Of a stretch of 28,586 nucleotides of DNA, positions 18,570 through 25,055 are shown piece by piece. Position 1 is the stretch's first letter, and every line of letters starts with the position of its first letter. Origin of the DNA: a virus (taxonomy: Duplodnaviria; Caudoviricetes). Location of the stretch: the IMG/VR virus record IMGVR_UViG_3300020042_005790, positions 1 to 28,586 of that record, one strand, 5' to 3'. The position numbers were made by a program, and so were the translations under genes. Below the pieces are notes generated by a model. It saw nothing but the letters and a program-made list of their open reading frames with translations. It was not told where the DNA came from and searched no databases.

Positions 18570-18839
18570 TTAGAACGGAATGTCGTCGTGCATATCGTCA
18601 AACCCGCTGCCCTGGGGCGCCTGGCGGCGTTGCGGCTGTTCGTCGCGTTCGCGTGGTTCGTTGATGTATGCCCAACCGTCCCAACCGCCTTCCTTCAGCG
18701 GGATCACGTCAATTTTGAGCATTGGCCCGTTTTTGGTTTCAATGATTGAGCCGATACGTTGGTAACGGTTCTTTTGCTGCCCCTGGGCGTTGTTGTACGT
18801 GCCGGTGATTACGGTGATTTCGTTGATAAGTTTGGCCAT
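18570..18839 (-). CDS. SSB-like protein
   Basis: Short OB-like core (GTYNNAQGQQKNRYQRIG) and acidic C-terminal FDDMHDDIPF tail. Adjacent to the exonuclease and ERF genes. Confidence 0.7.
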   Translation of the reverse strand: MAKLINEITVITGTYNNAQGQQKNRYQRIGSIIETKNGPMLKIDVIPLKEGGWDGWAYINEPRERDEQPQRRQAPQGSGFDDMHDDIPF

Positions 18840-18842
18840 GAT

Positions 18843-19475
18843 TTATTCCCCAATGATTTTTTTCAGTTGATCGACCTTGACCGCGGTTTCGGCCAGGAAC
18901 TTGATGATTTCCGCTTCCATGTCGGCAATGAACACGTCATCACGCGGGACGCGTTTAATAAACAATTGAGCCTTGGCGGGCATTCGTGGATCAAACACAA
19001 CGTAATCGCACCAGGCACGGCCAGCACAAACCATTTGCATTTGCATTTGCGCGAAATACTTTTGCGGGATTGAACCGGTTAACAGCGTTTCGATCATGGT
19101 GGCCGTATTGGGCGCCTTGATTTCGACGCAGCCGTCATCACCAATCAGGCCGTCAGGTGACGCGCCAGCCATCGCAATGGTTGGATGGTTCACAAAGCCC
19201 ACTTCCTCAACCATGTTGCCGGTGGCCGCTTCATACGCCCCGCGGGCGAACGGTTCCTGGTCGGTTCCCCATTGCATGGCGCTGTTGGTGAACGATTCCT
19301 GGCGTGTGCCGGTGATTTGTTCGACCACCAGTTGCGCCATGTAGTTTTCACGCGTTGCGGAATAACCCGACTTTGTGCGGGCCATCACGTCGGCCACTTT
19401 GGACGCGGTGACTTTGCCCAGGCGGGCGGCAAACCATTCGTCGGTGCGTTGTTCAATTTCGTCAGACATTTTCAT
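18843..19475 (-). CDS. YqaJ / lambda-exonuclease family recombination nuclease
   Basis: EQRTDEWFAARLGKVTAS, AMQWGTDQEPFAR, GASPDGL, VEIKAP and YFAQMQMQM motifs. Confidence 0.92.
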   Translation of the reverse strand: MKMSDEIEQRTDEWFAARLGKVTASKVADVMARTKSGYSATRENYMAQLVVEQITGTRQESFTNSAMQWGTDQEPFARGAYEAATGNMVEEVGFVNHPTIAMAGASPDGLIGDDGCVEIKAPNTATMIETLLTGSIPQKYFAQMQMQMVCAGRAWCDYVVFDPRMPAKAQLFIKRVPRDDVFIADMEAEIIKFLAETAVKVDQLKKIIGE

Positions 19476-20091
19476 TTCCTTTGGTTGATAATTCTTTTTT
19501 GGCGCGGGCCACGCGTTCTTTTTTGGCTGCCATTACTTTGGTTTGAAGCGTCTGGTTGCCCTGGCAAGCGTCAAATGCTTCTTTAAACACTTTGGCCAAT
19601 TCTTCGCTGTTGGCGCTGGCTTGGATGGCCGCCAGGTGGTCGGTAATGTCAGGTACGGCAGCCACGGAATGCGTATGTGCATCGGCATCGTTGTCGGCTT
19701 CGGTTGGAATGCTGAACGCCTGGAATGCAGCGTATTTGTACGCGGCCGACATTGCTTTGTTGGTGGCTTTATCGCCGCTGTCCATTGCTTCGCCAAAGGT
19801 TTTGACGGTGTGTTTGGAACCATCTTCAGCAGACACAAAATCGAATTCGACTTCGACGGTAATGTAAAACAACGCACCGCCTTTTTGGCTTACGCGTTCG
19901 ACGCATTCACGCGCCAGCACACGGGGCAAAATGCACAAACCATGTTTGGCCAATAAAGGCGCAATGGTGTTGTAAACATCATCAATGCCGCGGAAGTTGT
20001 AACCGCTGCCTTGCATATTGCGACGGTCTTTGGTGATGCCGACCGTGGACAATTCAGCCTGGACGGCGTTGATTGCTTTATAAACTTTCAT
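19462..20091 (-). CDS. erf: ERF-family single-strand annealing protein
   Basis: YNFRGIDDVYN, GEAMDSGDKATNKAMSAAYKYA..F.IPT..DNDAD. Start re-called at 20091 (AAGGA RBS). Confidence 0.9.
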   Translation of the reverse strand: MKVYKAINAVQAELSTVGITKDRRNMQGSGYNFRGIDDVYNTIAPLLAKHGLCILPRVLARECVERVSQKGGALFYITVEVEFDFVSAEDGSKHTVKTFGEAMDSGDKATNKAMSAAYKYAAFQAFSIPTEADNDADAHTHSVAAVPDITDHLAAIQASANSEELAKVFKEAFDACQGNQTLQTKVMAAKKERVARAKKELSTKGNENV

Positions 20092-20102
20092 GGTGGTTTC
20101 CT

Positions 20103-20444
20103 TTACCATTTGGGGGCACAAGTAACGTCAATCACAACATCGGCGGTGTACCCGTTGACCTTGCGTTTGCCGTACATCAACACGGCACGAAGCCCGTTGG
20201 CCTGGCAATCGCCAATAGCCGACACGACTTCATTCCGCGACATTGGTTGGATACTTTTATCCAAAACCAAATCCTGGGCGCCGCCGGTTGTGGTTGTTGA
20301 ACAACCGGACAACCAGGCGACAACACCGACAGCAATTACCACCACAACCAGGCAATTCCAAACGCGTTGGTAAAGCGTTGGCTTTGGGTAGTAAGGGCCG
20401 TCAAGATCAATGCGAATCATTTTTTTCATTGCAGTAACTTTCAA
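20103..20444 (-). CDS. Predicted lipoprotein
   Basis: Hydrophobic LVVVVIAVGVVAW followed by lipobox LSGC. Two further Cys could form a disulfide. Confidence 0.65.
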   Translation of the reverse strand: MKVTAMKKMIRIDLDGPYYPKPTLYQRVWNCLVVVVIAVGVVAWLSGCSTTTTGGAQDLVLDKSIQPMSRNEVVSAIGDCQANGLRAVLMYGKRKVNGYTADVVIDVTCAPKW

Positions 20445-20551
20445 AATGGTGCGGGTGGCAAGTTGTCCCGACGTTGGTTTTGGTAATCGCGTTCTTGCTT
20501 ACGCGACCAGGGGATTGGCCCCCCTGGCGGTGGAAATGGCCAGTTAAACAT
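20441..20551 (-). CDS. Small Pro-rich protein (36 aa, MFNWPFPPPGG...PPAPF)
   Basis: Start overlaps the upstream gene's end and stop overlaps the downstream start; fills the operon gap. Confidence 0.5.
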   Translation of the reverse strand: MFNWPFPPPGGPIPWSRKQERDYQNQRRDNLPPAPF

Positions 20552-20750
20552 TGGCAATTTTTTTGGCGTAGTTGATGGCTTGGGCAAACATGGCCACGGG
20601 ATAAATGCGGGTGGCCACAACCATTTCAGCGTCGGTGTCCAACAGCGTGACGGCATAACCTTTTTTGACCTGGGTTACCAGGGAAGCAATGCCAAAATCA
20701 GGGTTGGTAAATGTTGCAATTTGGTTTGCGGTGGTGATGGTTGAATTCAT
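20544..20750 (-). CDS. Hypothetical early protein (68 aa)
   Basis: AAGGA RBS; first gene behind the promoter at 20791-20820. Confidence 0.7.
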   Translation of the reverse strand: MNSTITTANQIATFTNPDFGIASLVTQVKKGYAVTLLDTDAEMVVATRIYPVAMFAQAINYAKKIANV

Positions 20751-20790
20751 TTCAATTTCCTTTTTAAAAGACCCGTTAGGGCATGATGTG

Positions 20791-20820
20791 ATTTTAAGCC
20801 AACTTAACTGGCGGCGTCAA
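20791..20820 (-). promoter_or_regulatory. Leftward sigma70-like promoter with overlapping palindromic operator
   Basis: Minus strand TTGACG-18-TAAAAT. Palindrome TTAAG-CCAA-CTTAA at 20794-20807. Confidence 0.75.
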
Positions 20821-20824
20821 CACT

Positions 20825-20971
20825 TTATGCAAATATTTTTGCAAAACTTTCACGAACCGCGATGGCTTCACGCAATTCGGCCAGGCTGGCGCGTTCCAGG
20901 TAAATGCCGCTGACGGTGGCGGCATAGAACACGCGGCCGCCGCGGTGTACCCTGGTGATTCGGACTGTCAT
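20825..20971 (-). CDS. Small hypothetical protein (48 aa, MTVRITRVHRGGRVFYAAT...)
   Basis: Translated by hand (below the ORF-track cut-off); AAGGGG RBS. Confidence 0.6.
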   Translation of the reverse strand: MTVRITRVHRGGRVFYAATVSGIYLERASLAELREAIAVRESFAKIFA

Positions 20972-20981
20972 TTCGTTCCCC

Positions 20982-21080
20982 TTAAAAGATGGCCATTGCA
21001 AGCCAAATCAAAACATAGATGGCCGGTGCTGCCACCAGCGCCATCCCCAAAACTTCCCAATCTGTTGGTTCGCGGTTCAT
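20982..21080 (-). CDS. Small single-TM protein (32 aa, MNREPTDWEVLGMALVAAPAIYVLIWLAMAIF)
   Basis: Translated by hand; AAGGA RBS; about 22 hydrophobic residues in a row. Confidence 0.6.
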   Translation of the reverse strand: MNREPTDWEVLGMALVAAPAIYVLIWLAMAIF

Positions 21081-21090
21081 GGCTGGTTCC

Positions 21091-21351
21091 TTATGCGGCG
21101 CGGGCGCAAGCGGTGGCCCACAATGGGTTGTTTTCAAAAATCCGAACACGACCTTTTTCAAAATAATCTGTCATGGTGTCGGTGTTGTTTTCGTAAGGCG
21201 CTGCATCGCGGAAGATGCGACCCAGGGCGCCGGTGTAGTCTTTTGCGTAGATCGTCACGCAATCACGGCCGTCGATCAGTTGGCCGCGGCTATACCAAAC
21301 GCGGGCTTTTTCTGTTTCGTTGGCAACATAAAATTTCATCATTTTCAACAT
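21091..21351 (-). CDS. Hypothetical early protein (86 aa)
   Basis: AAGGA RBS; first gene behind the promoter at 21399-21427. No HTH or S24 peptidase motif recognised. Confidence 0.7.
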   Translation of the reverse strand: MLKMMKFYVANETEKARVWYSRGQLIDGRDCVTIYAKDYTGALGRIFRDAAPYENNTDTMTDYFEKGRVRIFENNPLWATACARAA

Positions 21352-21398
21352 TTTGATTTCCTTAAAAGACCCCGTGCAATTCGCTAGGGCATGACTGA

Positions 21399-21427
21399 AT
21401 ATTAAGCCAACTTAACAACCCTTGCAA
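21399..21427 (-). promoter_or_regulatory. Leftward sigma70-like promoter with overlapping palindromic operator
   Basis: Minus strand TTGCAA-17-TAATAT. TTAAG-CCAA-CTTAA at 21402-21415. Confidence 0.75.
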
Positions 21428-21472
21428 GAACTATTTGTAAAGCCCCCTTAACTTTGAGGGGATTTGTTGCTA

Positions 21473-21501
21473 TTGACACACAACGCAAGGCCGCTTAACA
21501 T
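21473..21501 (+). promoter_or_regulatory. Rightward sigma70-like promoter for cro, with a degenerate operator in the spacer
   Basis: TTGACA-17-TAACAT. GCAAG-GCCG-CTTAA at 21485-21498. A further site TAAAG-CCCC-CTTAA at 21438-21451. Confidence 0.8.
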
Positions 21502-21507
21502 CGAAAG

Positions 21508-21666
21508 ATGGACAAAGAAAAAGCAATCAAACTGGCGGGATCAGCCAAAGCGTTGGCCGAACTGTTGGGAATCACCAGGGCGGCCGTCAGCCAATGGGGG
21601 AACGATGTTCCACCGGCACGGGTGTGGCAGTTGAAAGCGTTGCGTCCGAAATGGTTTAAAGCATAA
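21508..21666 (+). CDS. cro: Cro-like HTH regulator (52 aa)
   Basis: Hand translation MDKEKAIKLAGSAKALAELLGITRAAVSQWGNDVPPARVWQLKALRPKWFKA shows the P22/N15-type Cro pattern (LAELLGIT.AAVSQWG..VP..R). Missing from the ORF track. Confidence 0.9.
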   Translation: MDKEKAIKLAGSAKALAELLGITRAAVSQWGNDVPPARVWQLKALRPKWFKA

Positions 21667-21673
21667 TTGTTGC

Positions 21674-21767
21674 GAGACACGGATAGGTTGGAAGTCATGA
21701 GCCAACCGAAAAGCGACCCACCCCGCCTTCCGCTGTTTCCTTTTTTGGGGTGGAACTTTTAAGGGTG
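21674..21767 (+). ncRNA. Putative structured cis-regulatory RNA between cro and the replication gene
   Basis: Inner stem GGTTGG/CCAACC, outer stem GAGACA-CGGA/TCCG-C-TGTTTC followed by T6, and an alternative stem CCACCCC/GGGGTGG. Confidence 0.5.
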
Positions 21768-21771
21768 CGAC

Positions 21772-22476
21772 ATGAAGATCAAAAATTGGTCGAAATTCCA
21801 ACATTTCAAAGACCGCAAACCGCCGTGGGTAAAACTGTATCGTGACATTCTTGACGACATTGAATGGCACGAATTGGACGCGACCGCCAGCAAAGTGTTA
21901 GTGATGTGTTGGCTTATCGCCAGCGAAGACGATGGCAATTTGCCAAACACAAAAACCCTGGCTTTTCGCCTTCGTATGTCAGAAAAGCAAACTTTGGAAT
22001 GCTTAAACAAGTTGTCTCATTGGCTGGAACGTGATGATATCAACGCGATATCAAGCGGATATCAGGATGATCTACTAGAGACAGAGAGAGAGACAGAGAC
22101 AGAGACAGAGACAAAGAGAGAGGGAAAGAAAACGCAGCGCGGGACGCGCTTGCCAACTGACTTCGTTTTGTCGGATGAATGGGTTTCTTTTTGTCGCCAA
22201 CACCGGCCGGAACTTGATCCACGGGAAACATTTGAAGGGTTCCGCGACTACTGGATTGCCCAACCTGGCCAAAAGGGCGTAAAAACCGATTGGACGGCCA
22301 CTTGGCGCAATTGGGTACGACGGCAGCAGCAAGCCAAAAAAACCGCGTCAGAAGCCCGTTTGGTGCAAATGGCAGCCCTTACCCGCGGCCTGGCAACACC
22401 AAAGCCAGCCCCGTTTTGGGCAAAACCTGAACAAACTGTGGAGGTGTCCGATGTGGAACGAAAACGACTTTTGTGA
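21772..22476 (+). CDS. Phage replication initiator (lambda O-analogous)
   Basis: IKNWSKFQHFKDRKPPWVKLYRDILDD N-terminus, central low-complexity ETERETET linker, C-terminal GTRLP.DF...FRDYW...KTDWTATWRNW (DnaT-like). Position after cro. Confidence 0.8.
   Translation: MKIKNWSKFQHFKDRKPPWVKLYRDILDDIEWHELDATASKVLVMCWLIASEDDGNLPNTKTLAFRLRMSEKQTLECLNKLSHWLERDDINAISSGYQDDLLETERETETETETKREGKKTQRGTRLPTDFVLSDEWVSFCRQHRPELDPRETFEGFRDYWIAQPGQKGVKTDWTATWRNWVRRQQQAKKTASEARLVQMAALTRGLATPKPAPFWAKPEQTVEVSDVERKRLL
22036..22122 (+). repeat. Putative replication origin: GATATCA x3 at 11-bp period, then a (GAGACA)n purine tract
   Basis: GATATCA starts at 22036, 22047 and 22058. GAGACA/GAGAGA hexamers span 22078-22122. 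Inside the initiator gene, as for lambdoid origins. Confidence 0.65.
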
Positions 22477-22840
22477 TGCCGACAGCGGTTTTGATTACGT
22501 GTTCAGCAAAATGAACGCAATTTATGGCGCCACGTTTGCCAACCATTGGCGTGATGTTGACCCCAATTTGGTTCGCCAAGTGTGGATTGACGAATGCGGC
22601 CGCGGCCTGACGTACCGGCCAAAAATGGATTACGCATTGCAGCACATGAACCCCGACCGGCCACCTTCGGCCCTGGCGTTTAAAAAACTGTTGATTGATG
22701 GCCCGCGCATTCCTGATAAACCCGAAACGCTGATAACCAAACAGCCGACGCTGCACGAACAAATTGAAACGCAGCGGAAAAAAGAAGAAGCCTTGGCCAA
22801 GATGCGCGAATTAACTAAACATTTGAGGATGCCGAAATGA
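22451..22840 (+). CDS. Putative replication partner (helicase-loader / P position)
   Basis: GGAGG RBS; overlaps the initiator's end. YGATFANHW...W...RPPSALAFKKL resembles loader-type proteins. Confidence 0.55.
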   Translation: MWNENDFCDADSGFDYVFSKMNAIYGATFANHWRDVDPNLVRQVWIDECGRGLTYRPKMDYALQHMNPDRPPSALAFKKLLIDGPRIPDKPETLITKQPTLHEQIETQRKKEEALAKMRELTKHLRMPK

Positions 22841-23178
22841 CAAAAGATAAAGCATTGGAATTGGCGCTTGAGGCGTTGGAGTGCGCCAACTCACCAAATG
22901 GTGATTATGAAGATGAAATCACCGCCATCAAAGAAGCCTTGGCACAGCCACCATTAACAGAAAACGGAATGTATCGACTTGGTTATCACAACGGTTACGG
23001 GTTTGGTGAAGCATATGGAAAAGCCAACGCACCACAGCGCACATGGGTTGGGCTGACGAATGAGGAGATCAAAGCATTTGATGCTTGGCACGACAACAGA
23101 GAGGAGGAAATTGGTTGGTGTAACCCATCGGAAATCGTGGCCTACATTGAAGCCAAACTTAAGGAGAAGAATACATGA
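22837..23178 (+). CDS. Hypothetical mosaic protein (113 aa)
   Basis: ATGA overlaps at both ends. EALELALEAL...AIKEALAQP...RTWVGLT.EE...IEAKLKEKNT. Confidence 0.7.
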   Translation: MTKDKALELALEALECANSPNGDYEDEITAIKEALAQPPLTENGMYRLGYHNGYGFGEAYGKANAPQRTWVGLTNEEIKAFDAWHDNREEEIGWCNPSEIVAYIEAKLKEKNT

Positions 23179-23474
23179 CCCGCGACCAGGGCCATTTGTT
23201 GTTGAACAAAATCCAAGAGGGGCAAACCTTTGACTACGACCAAATCACCGCAGCCCTTATCGCAACCGGCGACCTTGCCGGATGGCGTGAAATCAACTTG
23301 GTCGGAAGCCTGGCGGCGGGAATGCGAAGCCAGGGAATGGTTGCGCCGGTTCAAGAATCACCAGCGCGAGAGGGGAACCAGGTTGGCAAATGCCTGGTGG
23401 TTGGACACGATAGCGAAAATCGAGAAAATCCGCGGCCCTGGTGCAGCGCGTACCTTGCGCGACGATATGAATAA
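23175..23474 (+). CDS. Hypothetical protein (99 aa), overlapping the next ORF
   Basis: AAGGAG RBS and ATGA coupling to the upstream gene. Confidence 0.55.
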   Translation: MTRDQGHLLLNKIQEGQTFDYDQITAALIATGDLAGWREINLVGSLAAGMRSQGMVAPVQESPAREGNQVGKCLVVGHDSENRENPRPWCSAYLARRYE

Positions 23475-23490
23475 GGAAAAAGCAAAATGA
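23230..23490 (+). CDS. Hypothetical protein (86 aa, TTG start) in the +1 frame
   Basis: GAGGGG RBS upstream. Helical WSEAWRRECEAREWL...IEKIRG..AA..LRDDM. Stop is ATGA-coupled to the next ORF. Confidence 0.55.
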   Translation: MTTTKSPQPLSQPATLPDGVKSTWSEAWRRECEAREWLRRFKNHQRERGTRLANAWWLDTIAKIEKIRGPGAARTLRDDMNKEKAK

Positions 23491-23597
23491 AAATTGATGT
23501 TCAAAAAATGCACAGCGTTGGATTTGGTGTTTTGTTTTTTCCAAGGTACGGCATTGGCATACAAATCGGAAGACGTTGGTTTGGAATAAAAAAATGA
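23487..23597 (+). CDS. Small hypothetical protein (36 aa)
   Basis: Translated by hand (MKIDVQKMHSVGFGVLFFPRYGIGIQIGRRWFGIKK). AAGGA RBS; ATGA overlaps at both ends. Confidence 0.55.
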   Translation: MKIDVQKMHSVGFGVLFFPRYGIGIQIGRRWFGIKK

Positions 23598-23881
23598 GAG
23601 CAGCCAGGATTGACGCAAACCATGAACAAGTTGTATCAGCATTGCGGGCGGCTGGCGCTTCGGTTCAATCTTTGGCGGGTGTTGGCAAAGGCGTACCGGA
23701 TTTGCTTGTTGGATTCCAGGGCAAGACATTGCTTATGGAAATTAAAGATGGCCGCAAAACGCCGTCAGAACGCCGATTGAGTGAAGACCAGGTAAGGTGG
23801 CATGGCGCTTGGCGCGGCGGCCCCCTGGCTATTGTGGACGGCGTGGATGCGGCTTTGCGGATGTTGGGGGTGATGAAATGA
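23594..23881 (+). CDS. PD-(D/E)xK nuclease, VRR-NUC-like (putative resolvase)
   Basis: ARIDANH..VV.ALR, GVPDLLVG, LMEIKDG and LSEDQ..WH..W motifs. Confidence 0.8.
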   Translation: MRAARIDANHEQVVSALRAAGASVQSLAGVGKGVPDLLVGFQGKTLLMEIKDGRKTPSERRLSEDQVRWHGAWRGGPLAIVDGVDAALRMLGVMK

Positions 23882-24078
23882 TTGAAGTAAACGACATTGT
23901 TCAAGTTAATCCTGAATACGAAACATTTGGCGGCTGCATGGTGGTGGTCACCGAACTAAAAACGTGGGGCATTCAAGGGTATTTGCAATCCGCGGGTGTT
24001 CCTGGCCAGCAATACATCAGGCTGAAATTTGCCGATATTGAACCAACAGGCGGCAAAGCCATTTGGGTTCTCACATGA
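23878..24078 (+). CDS. Hypothetical protein (66 aa, possible SH3-like fold)
   Basis: ATGA overlaps at both ends; DIVQVNP..FGGCMVVVTE.KTWGIQGY. Confidence 0.6.
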   Translation: MIEVNDIVQVNPEYETFGGCMVVVTELKTWGIQGYLQSAGVPGQQYIRLKFADIEPTGGKAIWVLT

Positions 24079-24476
24079 TTTACGAATTGCACAACCCGCA
24101 GCAAGCCAAAGTTTTGATGGAAAACGTTTGGCCAACCGTCAAAGCCAGTTTGATGGCTGGCCACAAAATGCGCCTGGAAGTGAAACGGGCCACTAGGTCA
24201 AGCGATCAAAACGATATGTTTCACGCCATCATCCACCAAATTTACCTGGCTATGCGGGCGGCCGGTTCCACCTGGTCGGCCGACGATTGGAAACGGTTGT
24301 TGATTGACCAATGGGCGCACGAAACCGACCGCAAGATTGGTAAGGTGGCGCCAAGCCTGGATGGCCAGCGCGTTGTTCAATTGGGGTGGCAAACGCACAA
24401 ATTCACCATTCCGGACGCCACCGAATTCATTGAATGGCTGTTGGCCTGGTGCGCCGAAAAAGGAATTGAAGCATGA
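24075..24476 (+). CDS. ninB: NinB-family recombination protein
   Basis: TRSSDQNDMFHAII..I, WSADDWKRL, LDG..VVQLG..T.KF and EFIEWLLAWCAEKGI. Confidence 0.85.
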   Translation: MIYELHNPQQAKVLMENVWPTVKASLMAGHKMRLEVKRATRSSDQNDMFHAIIHQIYLAMRAAGSTWSADDWKRLLIDQWAHETDRKIGKVAPSLDGQRVVQLGWQTHKFTIPDATEFIEWLLAWCAEKGIEA

Positions 24477-24634
24477 AATGTCCGGTTTGCGATACGTGGA
24501 CAACGGTAAAAGAAACCCGTCGAAAGCCAAACAATGCCAGGTCAAGGCGGTATGAATGCGGAAATATGCACCGGTTTATTACTTTGGAAACCATTGTGCG
24601 ATTGGTAAAACCAAAAACTCAAACCGAAAAATGA
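24473..24634 (+). CDS. Stand-alone NrdR/Ogr-like Zn-ribbon protein (53 aa)
   Basis: Hand translation MKCPVCDTWTTVKETR...RRYECGNMHRFITLE matches the NrdR N-terminal pattern (MKCP.C...V.(D/E)(S/T)R...RR.EC...RF.T.E). ATGA overlaps at both ends. Confidence 0.75.
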   Translation: MKCPVCDTWTTVKETRRKPNNARSRRYECGNMHRFITLETIVRLVKPKTQTEK

Positions 24635-25011
24635 CCGGCTGGCGCAAGAAACAAATTATGCAAATACTAAAGCACCCCTACGTTCGAAGCAAAAAGTTGT
24701 TGCGCCTGGTGGCCAACCTGGATTGCCAATTGTGCGGCAGCGGCCATTTTGTTCAGGCCGCGCACAGTAATTGGGGCGGCGGCAAGGGCCGAAGCGTGAA
24801 GGCCGACGACAACCTGGTGGCCGCGCTTTGTATGAATTGCCACCACGACATTGACCAGGGCGCCCAATGGTCAAAACGGGAACGCCAACAAGCCTGGTGG
24901 GTGGCCCACAAAAAAACCGTTGATTGCCTGGTTGACAGCGGCCAATGGCCAGTTGACGTGCCAATCCCAAATGATGCAGAATGGGAACGGCTTTTTGAGC
25001 CGTTGCCTTAA
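24631..25011 (+). CDS. Zn-binding HNH-like nuclease (DUF968/DUF1364-like)
   Basis: YVRSKKLLRLVA.L.CQLCG, QAAHSN, KADD...ALCMNCHHDID. Start could be 24631 or 24658. Confidence 0.7.
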   Translation: MTGWRKKQIMQILKHPYVRSKKLLRLVANLDCQLCGSGHFVQAAHSNWGGGKGRSVKADDNLVAALCMNCHHDIDQGAQWSKRERQQAWWVAHKKTVDCLVDSGQWPVDVPIPNDAEWERLFEPLP

Positions 25012-25012
25012 T

Positions 25013-25037
25013 CGGGGGTTACGGCCCCCGCTTTTTT
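25013..25037 (+). terminator. Rho-independent terminator ending the rightward early operon
   Basis: CGGGGG-TTACGG-CCCCCG hairpin followed by CTTTTTT. Confidence 0.75.
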
Positions 25038-25055
25038 CCATTATCATGGGCGAAT

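Noticed and set aside
18559-18601. ORF-track upstream starts (18601, 20121, 20656, 24556, 25609, 27033, 28340)
   Set aside because: They overlap upstream genes and lack an RBS; downstream ATGs with an RBS or stop-start coupling were preferred.
20748-21427. CRISPR mini-array or att sites from the repeated TTAAGCCAACTTAA
   Set aside because: Only two perfect copies, 608 bp apart, with genes between and each on a promoter; better explained as operators. No integrase present.
21667-21771. tRNA or named riboswitch
   Set aside because: No cloverleaf or T-loop consensus, and no Rfam family I can recognise with confidence.
22078-22122. Phase-variable microsatellite
   Set aside because: The hexamer unit preserves the reading frame; it fits an initiator linker/origin better.
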